NCBI GenBank assembly: GCA_964658305.1
Contig: OZ210885.1
Span: 13,764,001 to 13,828,000 of the forward strand
Length of the DNA: 64,000 nt
Origin: Leptogorgia sarmentosa
Lineage: Eukaryota
Reading direction: 5' to 3'
The number at the start of each line of letters is the position of its first letter. The stretch's first letter is position 1. The position numbers and the translations under genes were made by a program. The notes under the pieces are model-generated. The model had not been told where the DNA came from, ran no database searches, and saw nothing but the letters and a program-made list of their open reading frames with translations. Below, in pieces: positions 26,601 through 38,600 of the stretch.

Positions 26601-29600
26601 CAGCAGTTGTCATGCTTAGTTGCTAGTTACAATTATTGACATCACAACCAACGATTAACAGAGTATAGTATGCATTTGTTCTTCATTAAGTTAGCAATGT
26701 TCTTTACGACGGGAAGGATATGCAACATGTGCGGTTATGCATAAAGTCCATAAATATCGACTTCAGCTCTGGGAAGAATAATCCTTCTTTGGTCGTGTCT
26801 TCAAAAAATCTTGGAAGTTTTCATTGTATATAATCATTTTCGGGAAGTTGAGATCACATACATATTTACGATCGTGCTATAGTTCTCTTATCTGATCATT
26901 GGTGGCTGACAGTTGATAGTTGAAGTACAGATGAAATACTGCATAACAGGTAGCCTTATAGCTTTTATATATTGCTGTTCTGATTGACCTCGCTTCTTAG
27001 AAAATTCAACAAAATATTAATGTCATGGTTTCATCTGCCTTTGTAAATTTACGAGATCAGTTAAATAGTCCGAGTCAGCTCTACATGAAACATAACTATC
27101 ATCAAACTCAGCAATATTTTCAGCTGCTGAAAATGACCAAGACCACGTATAGGATTACCAAGCTGACGAATCATGGCAAATAGATCTTTTTTACACCTTT
27201 CAAAGTATGGAGGTGATCCGCGTAAATTTCTTAAAACTCCAAATCCTTCATCCAAATTGATTAACTTGTTGACACAGCTTTCTGATTTTAAAATTTTAAT
27301 TTTAGTTTAACAGTTACGCAATGACGACTTGCACTTCCTTGAATTTGCCTGATCTGTAATTTCTTTAGTTCGTTAAAAATGTTTGGGACAGACTGCGCGA
27401 GTCTTCTATCTTTGCTTCGCAATTCCCATTTACATATAGTGCTATAATGAACAGGCATTCCTTCTCCTGGTGCAAAACTTATTATTCTGTCACCATCTTT
27501 GGTAATGTCGGTTTCTTGTAATAATGTATCCATAAGATCTGATGACCGTTCAGTCGCTGCACACCACTCATCTGTATCATCATCAATCAAGTCATTTTCT
27601 CAACTACTTCTTGACCGTGAGCGTTCACATTTTCTGAAGTGTTCATTCCATCCATGGAAGTAATTTCCGACCACTCCTCTTCATTATTATCCACTTGATT
27701 TGATACATAACTGTCCATTACTTGTATTCCTTCGTTTTTAAATAATTCACTGGTACGAACGAACAATTGAGCTGGTTTTGAAGTTTTACTAATAGCATTC
27801 TGAAATATTTTACTAATACCTTTTAAGACGTGAGGTTGGGCGTGGTTAAAACGTGAGACGTATTCAATACTTCATATAAGCTTTCATGACTATCTCGCAT
27901 TCCGGAATTCGCGCGATCATATCAAATTGCATAAGGATTTGAAACTTGACGACATATGATATCGCATGTCATTCGGTCTTTAAAATAGAGACAGCGCTTT
28001 GCGATTGTTTGTGAAAAATGTGGCTTTCTAAAAACCAAATTTACTTTTTTCAAAACCATATCATAATAATATATTTATATACACTATGTTCTGTCCATTC
28101 ATGCAGCATTTGCCTGGACGCTAATGTGTATGATCGGTATGTGTGTAGGTTCAAAACAGAATACTTTAAACTATATACGAATTCGTTTGTTTTGTCTCGC
28201 GCTTAATAAACGCACAAATCCATTTTATTACATGCTATAAAATCTATTTTCCTGGGATTGAGAGTTTCAACCATTCCGGGCGGCAAATTGATACAATTGT
28301 CGTGAAAAGGGTATCAATTTTGTGTGCGTAATACAAAAATATACAAATTTTGAAAACTTCACAGGGGTATATTTCTCGCATTTTATACCATTTCGCAACC
28401 AAACTCTGCAATCTTACTAACTTTGAAATGCTCTTTAACGCTGTTATTTTGAATTGCATATTATTTCGAGGTTTTGGAAAATTTTCTCTATTATGTAAGC
28501 GGTCCATTGACGCCCTTTTTACAATGCCAGAAAGCATAAAACATCGCTTCGCAAAACAAAAGTAGAAAGACTGTTAAAGTTCTGTGAATTCGCAAAGCAC
28601 CGATCTCATGCTTAACACCAAAAAATACTTTACTCCAATACAACAGAACGTTACTTCCTACAGTTTTGTAAATTCTTAATATTATTGATTAATTAATGTC
28701 TAACTGAATTTGATTCCAATCTCCAATAATATATGGTGTGGGTGAATGACAGTGACTGTGAAAATAGACCGATCACATGCATACTTTGTGTGAATCATGG
28801 GCGTGTATTACCCATGGAGACGCATCATATGAAGAACCGCGTATACATACGAACCAACGTCGTACCCAGGGTCTCTTGTGGGAGAGACCCTGGCGCCGGC
28901 TGGTCACGTGACTCCAATTAATATTTGTTCTTGTGAGAGGGTGGGTGAATCTCGCATATATAATTAGTTCATGAAGCCATGTTGCCGAATACGAAGTATG
29001 GGATTTTCCGTTTACAGTTTGCAATACTAAATAGTTTGTATAGTGAGGTGATTTTAAAGCCAAAACAGGTTATTTGCTTCGAAAAAATATTTTTCTACAC
29101 ACTTGACTGGGCAAGCTTGGATCGGGAGCAATATTGAGGCCATACAAGTGTTCAGCGATCTTTAACAATTCCCGATTTGATGGCTTCAAAATATCTTTGC
29201 GATGGCTCGTGTCACCGACAGTTCGGCAGAGTCGACAAGACGCGGGATCGATACAACTAGTACAAACGGGCGCTCTATATAATTTCTTTGGTGTTTCCTT
29301 CGAAGCCATACCGCGCAAATGACCTTTGAAGCTCTGCACATGTTAATGCTATTGTAATTTGATATGTAAATTATTTGATCCAGTGCACAGAGAAAATACT
29401 AGCTCGTATATTAATTCCTCCATTATTTTCGCGTTTAAATATTTTCTTCGCTCCTCGCTCGAATAGCTTTAATTGTGCTCGAATGAAAAATGTGACAAAC
29501 ATACTTTCTCTCCCACCCTAAAAGATTTTATATAAAAATACACGTGACCAGCCGACGCCAGGGTATTTTCCCCTGAGCTATACTTAATATATCTGGAGAT

Positions 29601-32600
29601 CAGGTCATAATACCTGGCCGTACAAAATAGTGTCGCCAAAAACATGGCGGATTTTAGCGAAATTTACGTCATTATGGCGTAGTAAGTCCCCTATTTCAGG
29701 GGACTAACCACTGACCAAATAACATTGCCGTAATTGAGCAGTTTTCTCACCCCCCTGTCTGAAAATAAAATACTAACATCACGTAAAAGTTTTAAATTCA
29801 AAACAATATTTCGTTGAATTTTGTTGATTATCAACATGCCGCGTTTTTGCTATGTTTACGGATGTCACAACTCCTTTGACAACAAAGAACTGTCGTCACA
29901 CTGGTCCATTCCTGTCCTCTTTAATCAATCGCGTTCGGTATTTATAGGCGCGTACATCAACAAATATACAACAATATATTTTTGAGATGTAAGAGAATTT
30001 TAATACTTTATCTCAATTCTTTGAAAAAATATCAAAACAGCACTGCAGTATATATTTATATATAAAATCGTACAGTAAAATCCAGGGGGAGGTTGGAAAC
30101 GGCGCCTGCACACACTTCAACTGTGGTCAGTAATTACTATCATAAGAATAGGGGACGTGTCACATAAAATCCGCCATGTTTCCGGCGACACCTTTCAGTG
30201 GAGTGCCTGATCTCCAGATTAATAATATAGCTCAGTGGTATTTTCGCAGCGGGCGCACTAGCCTACGCTGACTCAGCAAAATTACCCTGGCTTGCGAGGT
30301 TGCATACGAACTAGCTGGTTAACAATAGAGAAACTTTGTTTTCGGATAGCATGCCTAATGGAGTATTTATAAAGATAGGCATAACATTCACGAAGTAATA
30401 CTTCGCGTTATATAGTGTGGTAACAGTCCAAAACAATTGCCATTCATCTACATGCAACCGTACTTGGGCAGTGGTGGAAGCCGTTTCGACGTATCGAGCA
30501 AAGACCCTTAAGCCGGTTTTCCACTAGCGATTTTTGTCGCGCGAAGCGAATATTTTCCATTGTCCTTGATCTTTCGACTGGAACCATCTGGAACTAATTG
30601 CATCAAGACAAAAGAAAAAAATCGATTCGCGCGACGAAAGTCGCTAGTGGAAAACCGGCTTTAGTCGTTAATTAGTAGTGGGGTCGGGGGAAAACACAAG
30701 GGTTTTTATATTAGTGAATATATGGAAACCAAGTAAAAACCAATCGGATGGATTTGGTACACCAGTTTTCGAAAGCCTTCGCCAGAAATGTGGAATCGTA
30801 TCGTGTAGGCGGTGAAAAAAATATTTAGCAAAAAAAGAAAGTAATTACCTAACAGCTGTGGACCAATAGAATGCAAATTCTTCTCGATAACCGCGAAAGA
30901 CCGCATCAACGACGTCTTGAGCAGTTCGATTTCTTTCGAGGGCTGGTCCAGAAAACGAAAATCTGACATTAAGGAGGGGAGATCGAATTGATTCACCTTT
31001 TCATAAAGCCAGTTAAAATTGAAGAACAGTTTATGTAGTTCATCAAATTGCTCGGAGGAATGGAGGTGATAGGTCAGGTACTTGAAATAATAATCCTTGT
31101 TGCCTTCAAATTTTCCCCAATCACCGTTCTCGCAATGACCACGAAGTGCCTTCACGAACAATCTTTGGACAGAACTTAGTTTGCCTCCTAGTTTTGCACG
31201 TGCAAAACCCAAAAGGAGATCATGGAGACGGTAGCTCTTCTTTCCATGGATATCAGATCCTGAAAATTATCGTTATAAGGCGAATTTCAATGAAGTGCAA
31301 AATTTTGGTTAGCGATCGCTTTCTTTTGAAATGCTTGCAATCACCCAAAGTTAATGAGAATCGTTGACTGTTTGTATTTCAAAATAAAGCGTTCGCTAAA
31401 AGTCGATCGTCGCCATTTCGCACAGAATTAAATTCTGCCATTAGAGAACATAGTCACGTATGGTGATTCGAAACGTTTTTGTACAGGACACTAGAGCAGT
31501 CTGGGACTGCAGTCAGGCTATAGTACAATAATTTTTCAGATTTAGTATACCCCAGGGCGAAGGATGTATTTTCCATTCAATTCGATTTGTTGCTCATCTA
31601 CGAATGTCAGAGGAAAACACTGAAAATATTGGGCAAATGAACGGGCAAATTTGGCTAGCCCACATATGAGTCAACATATTATGATTATAGCTGAAAAATA
31701 ATTTCCTTAGGCTTGCTTGACGTTGATTTGATTAAATGTTCAGCCTAACAACTTGTTGACAGTTAATATACAGCTTTCGCAAAAGGAGCTGTAGTAAAAA
31801 AGCATTTGAAAATTTTCTCGTCGTATTCGTTCATTTCATTTGATTGCATGAAGCAACAGACAAATTTAGCGATCACAAAAGTTTAAAAATAAGACAACAA
31901 GCAAATCACCACAGTTGGAAATAGCGTGCTGAAATTAGCATGAATACAGAGTTTGAAGAATAAAAATTATAAAATGAGGAAATTTAGCCTGTGCCCCAGA
32001 CCACACACGGTTTGTGTATGGTCTGTGCAACGAGCTCCTAAAAGCTGTCCCGTTACGTCACAGCTTTCACCGCCAGGCGGGGAAAATTTATGCATGATTA
32101 AGTTACAAGGCGACAAATTATACATACATTTGTAATAAATCGATTAAAAACATGCTTAGTACGCTAATGGCAATGGCATGACTTCCCCGCCATGCTGCAG
32201 TATCTGTGCAATAACTTTAAAAAACAACAGCGACTTCAATCTCATCGAAAGGTCAGGCCAATTTAATCCGTTGGAGATTATACGCACTTTGCCCTTTGTG
32301 GTTTTTAGCAGTATCGCGAAATACGTTTGCAAAAGATGCAAATCAAAGTTAAAAACTCTTAGTAATCTTCGTGGAAACGTTTTAAAGGCAGAAGAAGAAC
32401 TGAGGAAGCTTTATGTAGCGATATCTATGCTTCGTCTGAATACGCCGCCATCTTGATTGAAATTATAATAATTTTAATCATAATAATTGCATACATTTTG
32501 CTAAAAGCTGTGACGTAACGGGACAGCTTTTAGGAGCTCGTTGCACAGACCATACACAAACCGTGTGTGGTCTGGGGCACAGGCTAGAGGAAATTGTGCC

Positions 32601-35600
32601 CATGCAAATTTAGCACAATTTACATACTATTTATAAAGCAGAAGTGATTTAATACCCATTTTCGCCTGAAATGGATATAATTTTGTTTGCCCTGATACAA
32701 TAGTACACAAAATGAACTGTGTCTGGCAATGATATTCCCATTTTATGATATTTCTTCTTTAAACTTTGAAGTTATAGTAATTTTTGCACGCTGTTTCCAA
32801 CTGTGGCGAAGATTTTTGTCTATTATCATGCACCGTGCCTTCATTTACCTTTTTGAATCATCGACTTCTTTTCGAGCTCATCAAGTATACGTCTTGCTTC
32901 ACGACGGCTGCACGAAGTTCTTCCGGCTACTTTGGAAGACCAAAACATCTCAAGAATGTCTGATGGTACATCCGTATCTTCTGGAAATAAAGCGAAATCT
33001 AGAAACTTTTCTCGTATTTCTTCGTTCAAATGTTGAAAGCTGGCGTTAATGGCTGTTAAGACGTTGTCGTAAGGATAAGCTTCGGCGGGATATATTGAAC
33101 GTAATTTTACCAAGTCTGCTGTTTTGAGGTCATTTAAAACGTCTTCCCAGTCTTGTTCGTCGCGAGTGTCGGCTAAACTTGAACCCACTAGGGACAGAGC
33201 TAGCGGTAGATCGCCGCCGTGGTTTAACATTTCCTCAATAATTTGCCGCATGTTTGAACTAAACTTAGACTGCTCGTCCTCGGTGACTCGGGCAGTTTGA
33301 TACAAGAGCTTGTAAGAATCATCCCGTTTTAAAAATTTGAGTTTATACAAAGCAGAACCTTGTAAACCGCGGACAACTTCAGAATTCCTTGTAGTTATCA
33401 ATAATTGGCATTTTCCAGAGAGATGATCAAACACAGAAGCGTGGTTTACACTCCAAACATCATCAAGAATCACCAAGCAATCTTTATCACTCTGCAATAC
33501 ATGGAAAACTACTTTATCGTCGTATGTGTTGATACTTTTCGACTTATTTATTGGGGGTAAAATTAATCGCGTCGGAACAGAAGGAAAGTTATGATGACTT
33601 CTGAGTCAGAAGGACACCAACTCTCATGACAGAAACATGGTAAAAACATCGGGATCAATGAAATTTTATTTAAAGTAAATTAGCGCTAGGGGTCTCTTTT
33701 GAGAACGGTTTTCTTGTTATATCGTGGCAACGAGTATTACATAAACCCTGGGAAAGGTGCACATACCGTATTTGCTTTTATCCAGCCTTGCGCGGCACGG
33801 ATATCAGAGAACGTCATTTCTCCACCAATGTCTTTTATGAGGAGGTTAATCAGCGCTAGACAGTCTGGAGTTTCTCCAATATCAAGCCATATTACCTGAC
33901 GAGATTCCTTGGCAGCCCAAGCAACGGCCAGAGCTAAGATGGTCTTACCCAGACCCCCCATACCACGGATACCAACGACGTCGCCCCCACGATTCCCAAC
34001 CACACCAACTCTACTATTTCCATCCGCAAGTAACCATAATATCTCGTTCACTTCTGACGGTCTCTCCACCATGTCACGTGGTAGACTGCGCAAACCATGG
34101 GCAACTAACATATAAAATAAGAATTGATGCTGTATTAGTAGACCCACTTTTGTGTGTGTAACGAATCGACAATTAATTACATATATTAGCTGGCGCACCC
34201 ATTTGCTAACGCTCTGTCGTGTCATCCTACAGAGTGTCCCAAAAAAACGCTACCATTGAAAATAATCTATTGTTAGAATTACAATGCCTCGCACTATAAG
34301 TTTAGCCCAAGGGTGCATAAATTATTGAAAATTTCTTAATAGCTATTAAAATTGTTGTTATAGATTATTTTGAATGGCAGCGTTTTATTGTGGGGGGACC
34401 CCCTGTGTTCCAGGGACAAAATCACGACTACACCGTAGAGATTTTTCGTAATATATTATTAATACATTCAATAGTAAAGTGATTAGATTGGATTAAAAAT
34501 GATTCAAAATGACCAGATTTGTACCCAGACCAATAGATTTCTATTTACCTGAAGAGTGGATCTCTACAGCTTTACAAATACGACACAAACTGACAAACAC
34601 ACTTTACTATCAACTCATAGACTCATAGACTCAACTCGTCTATTTGTTCCCTGTTCCCTGTCACAGTCAAACTGACATCCTGTTCATCTTATCGTCAATC
34701 AACCATTACTTAATTATAGTTTTCTGCATGCGCATCAGTTATACAAATCATGGCCGGCGTAATCAAGTTAATAATCAACGGTTAATTAAAGTAAATGTAA
34801 ATGTAGGCTGTCCATAACAACCTGTATGTATTTAAAAGGCGTTGCGTTAAAAATGCACATTCTCTGTAATTGCCTCAAACTGGCTACTTTTTCTTATAAT
34901 CATATAGAGGGTAAATTTAATAAAACCTGATTGACTAAATCTTCAGCATTTTTCACGTACGGCTTCCTCGCATTATTTGTCGTGTATGAAATCGTCAAAT
35001 TAATTAGCTTAAAAGTAATTTGGTAAATATTTAAGAAAATTCTGTAATTTGCCTGTGCCAAAACACTGCATGCGAAATCTCTTGGATTACATACAAGCCA
35101 TTTTTCCAACTTTTTGCGTTGTACACCTGTGCTAATTTAGAAACGTTAAACTGGAGAATATTACGCAGACTATCTTACTGATGGACCAAATATTGACTGG
35201 AATGCCTAAAATACTAAACGCCCAACTGATATACTAATACAACTGCTTAATTCATACATAAAATTAAGTGGCTTTCCAACAGATCTGACTATACTTCTAC
35301 AATTACTCTTGCTGGCTAATTTTTGGCGCGTAATCTCACTGTAATATGTTTTTTCAACAATTTGATACCTTTTTTTGCCGAATAATTTCTTTGTTTCTCA
35401 TAATGATTTTCCGTTATGTTGACATTTTGCTGTAAACTCTCCATTTTGTCAGCATGGCTTTGCAGCTCCTTTGAATAATGTTCAAATTTTGCCGCGTGTT
35501 GTTCAAGTTCCTTTGACTGATGATCAAATTTTGCCGAGTGTTGTTCAAATTCCTTTGAGTGTTCTCCAAGTTCCTTCGAATGATGATCAAATGTTGCCGA

Positions 35601-38600
35601 GTGTTCTTCAAGTTCCTTTGATTGATGTTCAAATTTTGCCGAGTGTTGTTCAAGTTCCTTCGAGTGTTCTCCAAGTTCCTTCGACTGATGATCAAATTTT
35701 GCCGAGTATTGTTCAAGTTCCTTTGAGTGTTCTCCAAGTTGCTTTGAATGTTCTCCAAGTTCCTTTGACTGATGATCAAATTTTGCCGAGTGTTGTTCAA
35801 GTTCCTTTGAATGTTCTCCAAGTTCCTTCGACTGATGATCAAATTTTGCTGAGTGTTGGTCCAGTTCCTTTGAGTGTTCTCCAAGTTCCTTTGACTGATG
35901 ATCAAATTTTGCCGAGTGTTGTTCAAGTTCCTTTGAATGTTCTCCAAGTTCCTTCGACTGATGATCAAATTTTGCTGAGTGTTGGTCCAGTTCCTTTGAG
36001 TGTTCTCCAAGTTCCTTTGACTGATGATCAAATTTTTCCGAGTGTTGTTCCAGTTCCTTCGAGTGTTGTTCAAGTTCCTTTGAATGTTCTCCAAGTTCCT
36101 TCGATTGCTGGACAAGTTTTTCCGAGTTTTTCGCGACACATTTTTCAACTTTTTCAATTCTGCAGACCAGTTTTGAATGGAAGTTGTCAAGTTTCTCTAC
36201 CGCGGCATTCACCTGCAGAGATACAAGTAAAGAGTTATAAATATTTCAGTTTATATTAAATATACATGATAAACATTAAATATTAAAATATCTAAAGATA
36301 TACAAATTATGCTTAATTCAGAGAACAATACATGTATAAATGCGCGAATTTTTCTGGTCAGCATTAGAAATGAAATTATATTTCGAAGCATCATGCAATA
36401 TTCTTTTAGAAATATTGTCCCACAATGTGCTCCAAAAATGCGACCAAAGTAGCCGGAGGAACTTCGTGCAGCCGTCGTGAAGGAAGACGTATACTGGATG
36501 AGCTCGATTAGAAATCAATGATTCATAAAGGTAAATGAAGGCAGGGTGCATGATAATGGACACTGTTCTAAGTCAGCGATATTTAGCTATCACATCTTAA
36601 ATTGCCATAAAAAGAAGCAGAAAGTTCTATAATTAAAAAATTTATATGCTTTTGGAACTTACGTATTGATCGATTATAAAGCAAATTCAACAGTTGCAGG
36701 ATAAAAATAAATATAAAACGGGCCATATGTCGACAAAATTTACATTCATCTTCGCGGAAGTATTATAGCCAAAGCGTTAGCATAAAAAAGGATTTCAAAT
36801 TTCTCTTTAAAAAGGCATAATTCAAGTTTCGTTATACTTCATTTCGGATTCATATTCGAAAGGCATGGTATAAGCGTTGCCGCCATTAGATTTTCGTTCT
36901 TTAGGATGCCGTAGGCCTAATTCAGACGTCGTACATTTCATGTGCCAAACCTAATGTTAACGAGCTAAGTTCTTTGTTTGAGTTCAATTGGATTAGGCTC
37001 GGCACATCAAAAGTCTGACGTCTCAAGTTTCAACTGGCCTTATTCCACAGACACCAGAGAATATGCTCAGGTTGGATTCGTATTGAATAAAACAATGTTC
37101 CTGTAGTTATAAAGCAGTAGCATGCAAAATGCTTCATGGCATTTCAACAAATAAACTACATGACCTCATGCATAAACACGTCAGAAGGGTAGATTAGTAG
37201 TAAAAGCAGGAATCTTTGAAAACGAATGAACGTTTCCGTGCCGACCAGCAGAACCAGAATTCCATGCAAGATAACCTCTTGTGACGTCATTATACATAAG
37301 GTCTATTGAAATTTGATATGTATGTTTGCTAGTTTTTAAACTTTTCAGAAAATTGTAGTTCAACGTTGGAACATCAATATTAATTTTGCAAGGAAAAGAA
37401 ATTGTTATCTATCAAAATTTAGGTTTATCTCTTGCCTATGAGAATGCCTCAATTGTTTTGCTTAATGGGGTGCATGTCATAGGGCTAGTTTTTTCCTAAA
37501 AGAGTATTTATATTAGTATTTATCAATAATTGATATGTAGTGTGTTTTATTTATCGGTACACGCTTCGTTCTAAATATTCTGTTGCAAACGTGTCCCCAA
37601 AATCTGTATGCAGATGTTTGCCTTGTAACGTGCTACGGGTAAAGTAAAACCAATAAAAACAGCATTATCGAATAAAAGCACAGATTGCGTTCCCACGCTG
37701 AAAATTTGCACTCGCTCGCATTTGAAACATGTCTTATATTAATTTGAACAGCGTCATCCTACTTATTCAACGACTGTTAAATGAAACATCAAAAGTTCCT
37801 CAAACCTTTGTGGCGTCCAAATCGTAGTTTTTGATACAACGGCAAAGTTCAGCTACACTTTCTGCAATTAGTTTTGCGTCACGACCATCAACAAGAATGT
37901 CTGGAAATAATGAAAAAAATTTATCTTGAGTATCACAAACACTATAAATATATCGCTGCTAATGCGCGTAGCACGAAGGATACATGAAAAAGCATGCCCT
38001 ACTGTCCATATATATATTTGATAAGCATGGTCTGCTGTCGCTATTAGCAAACTTCAATATGCGGCCAGTGTAGTGGATAGGGGATAACAACATCAGCAAG
38101 CAGTACATGTCCTACCCACTACCTAAACAATGCAAACAGGTTGGACGTTTTGAGTAAAGTAGATTTTTTGCATGATAGACATGCAAAAATTTCGAAATAG
38201 TACAATCCAGAGCAACAGCGTTAATAAAGAGTATGACAAAGTTAGTAAAACTGTAAAGTCTGGTTGAGAAATGTTTTAAAATGCGAAAAATATGACCCTG
38301 TAAAGTTTTCAAATTTTGTATATTTTAGTATTACCCATGCATTTATATCCTTATCGAGAAAAGTCTATGAATTTTGCGTGCCTAATACTAAAATGAAAAA
38401 ATTGGCAAAATTGCGTTAAACATTCCCGACTTTTGAATGATTGAAGTTTTGAACACAAATGTCCAACTGGAATTAGTACGATTTACGAAGTCTAATTCAT
38501 GTGAAATTTCGATTTTATGCATATATCAGCATATATTAGTTGTACTATACTGTATATCATGTCGTATACAGTATTAAAGGCATTAACTTCTGCACTTATA

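Noticed and set aside
34549..34570. Micro-exon ending CAG/GTAAAT on the minus strand between the coiled-coil and NB-ARC exons
   Set aside because: It is phase-compatible but not required, and the acceptor is weak. It needs RNA evidence.
35414..36259. Overlapping 258-aa and 262-aa ORFs in other frames and on the opposite strand
   Set aside because: They are a by-product of a stop-free 21-bp repeat. Only the SKELGEH frame fits the splice phases.
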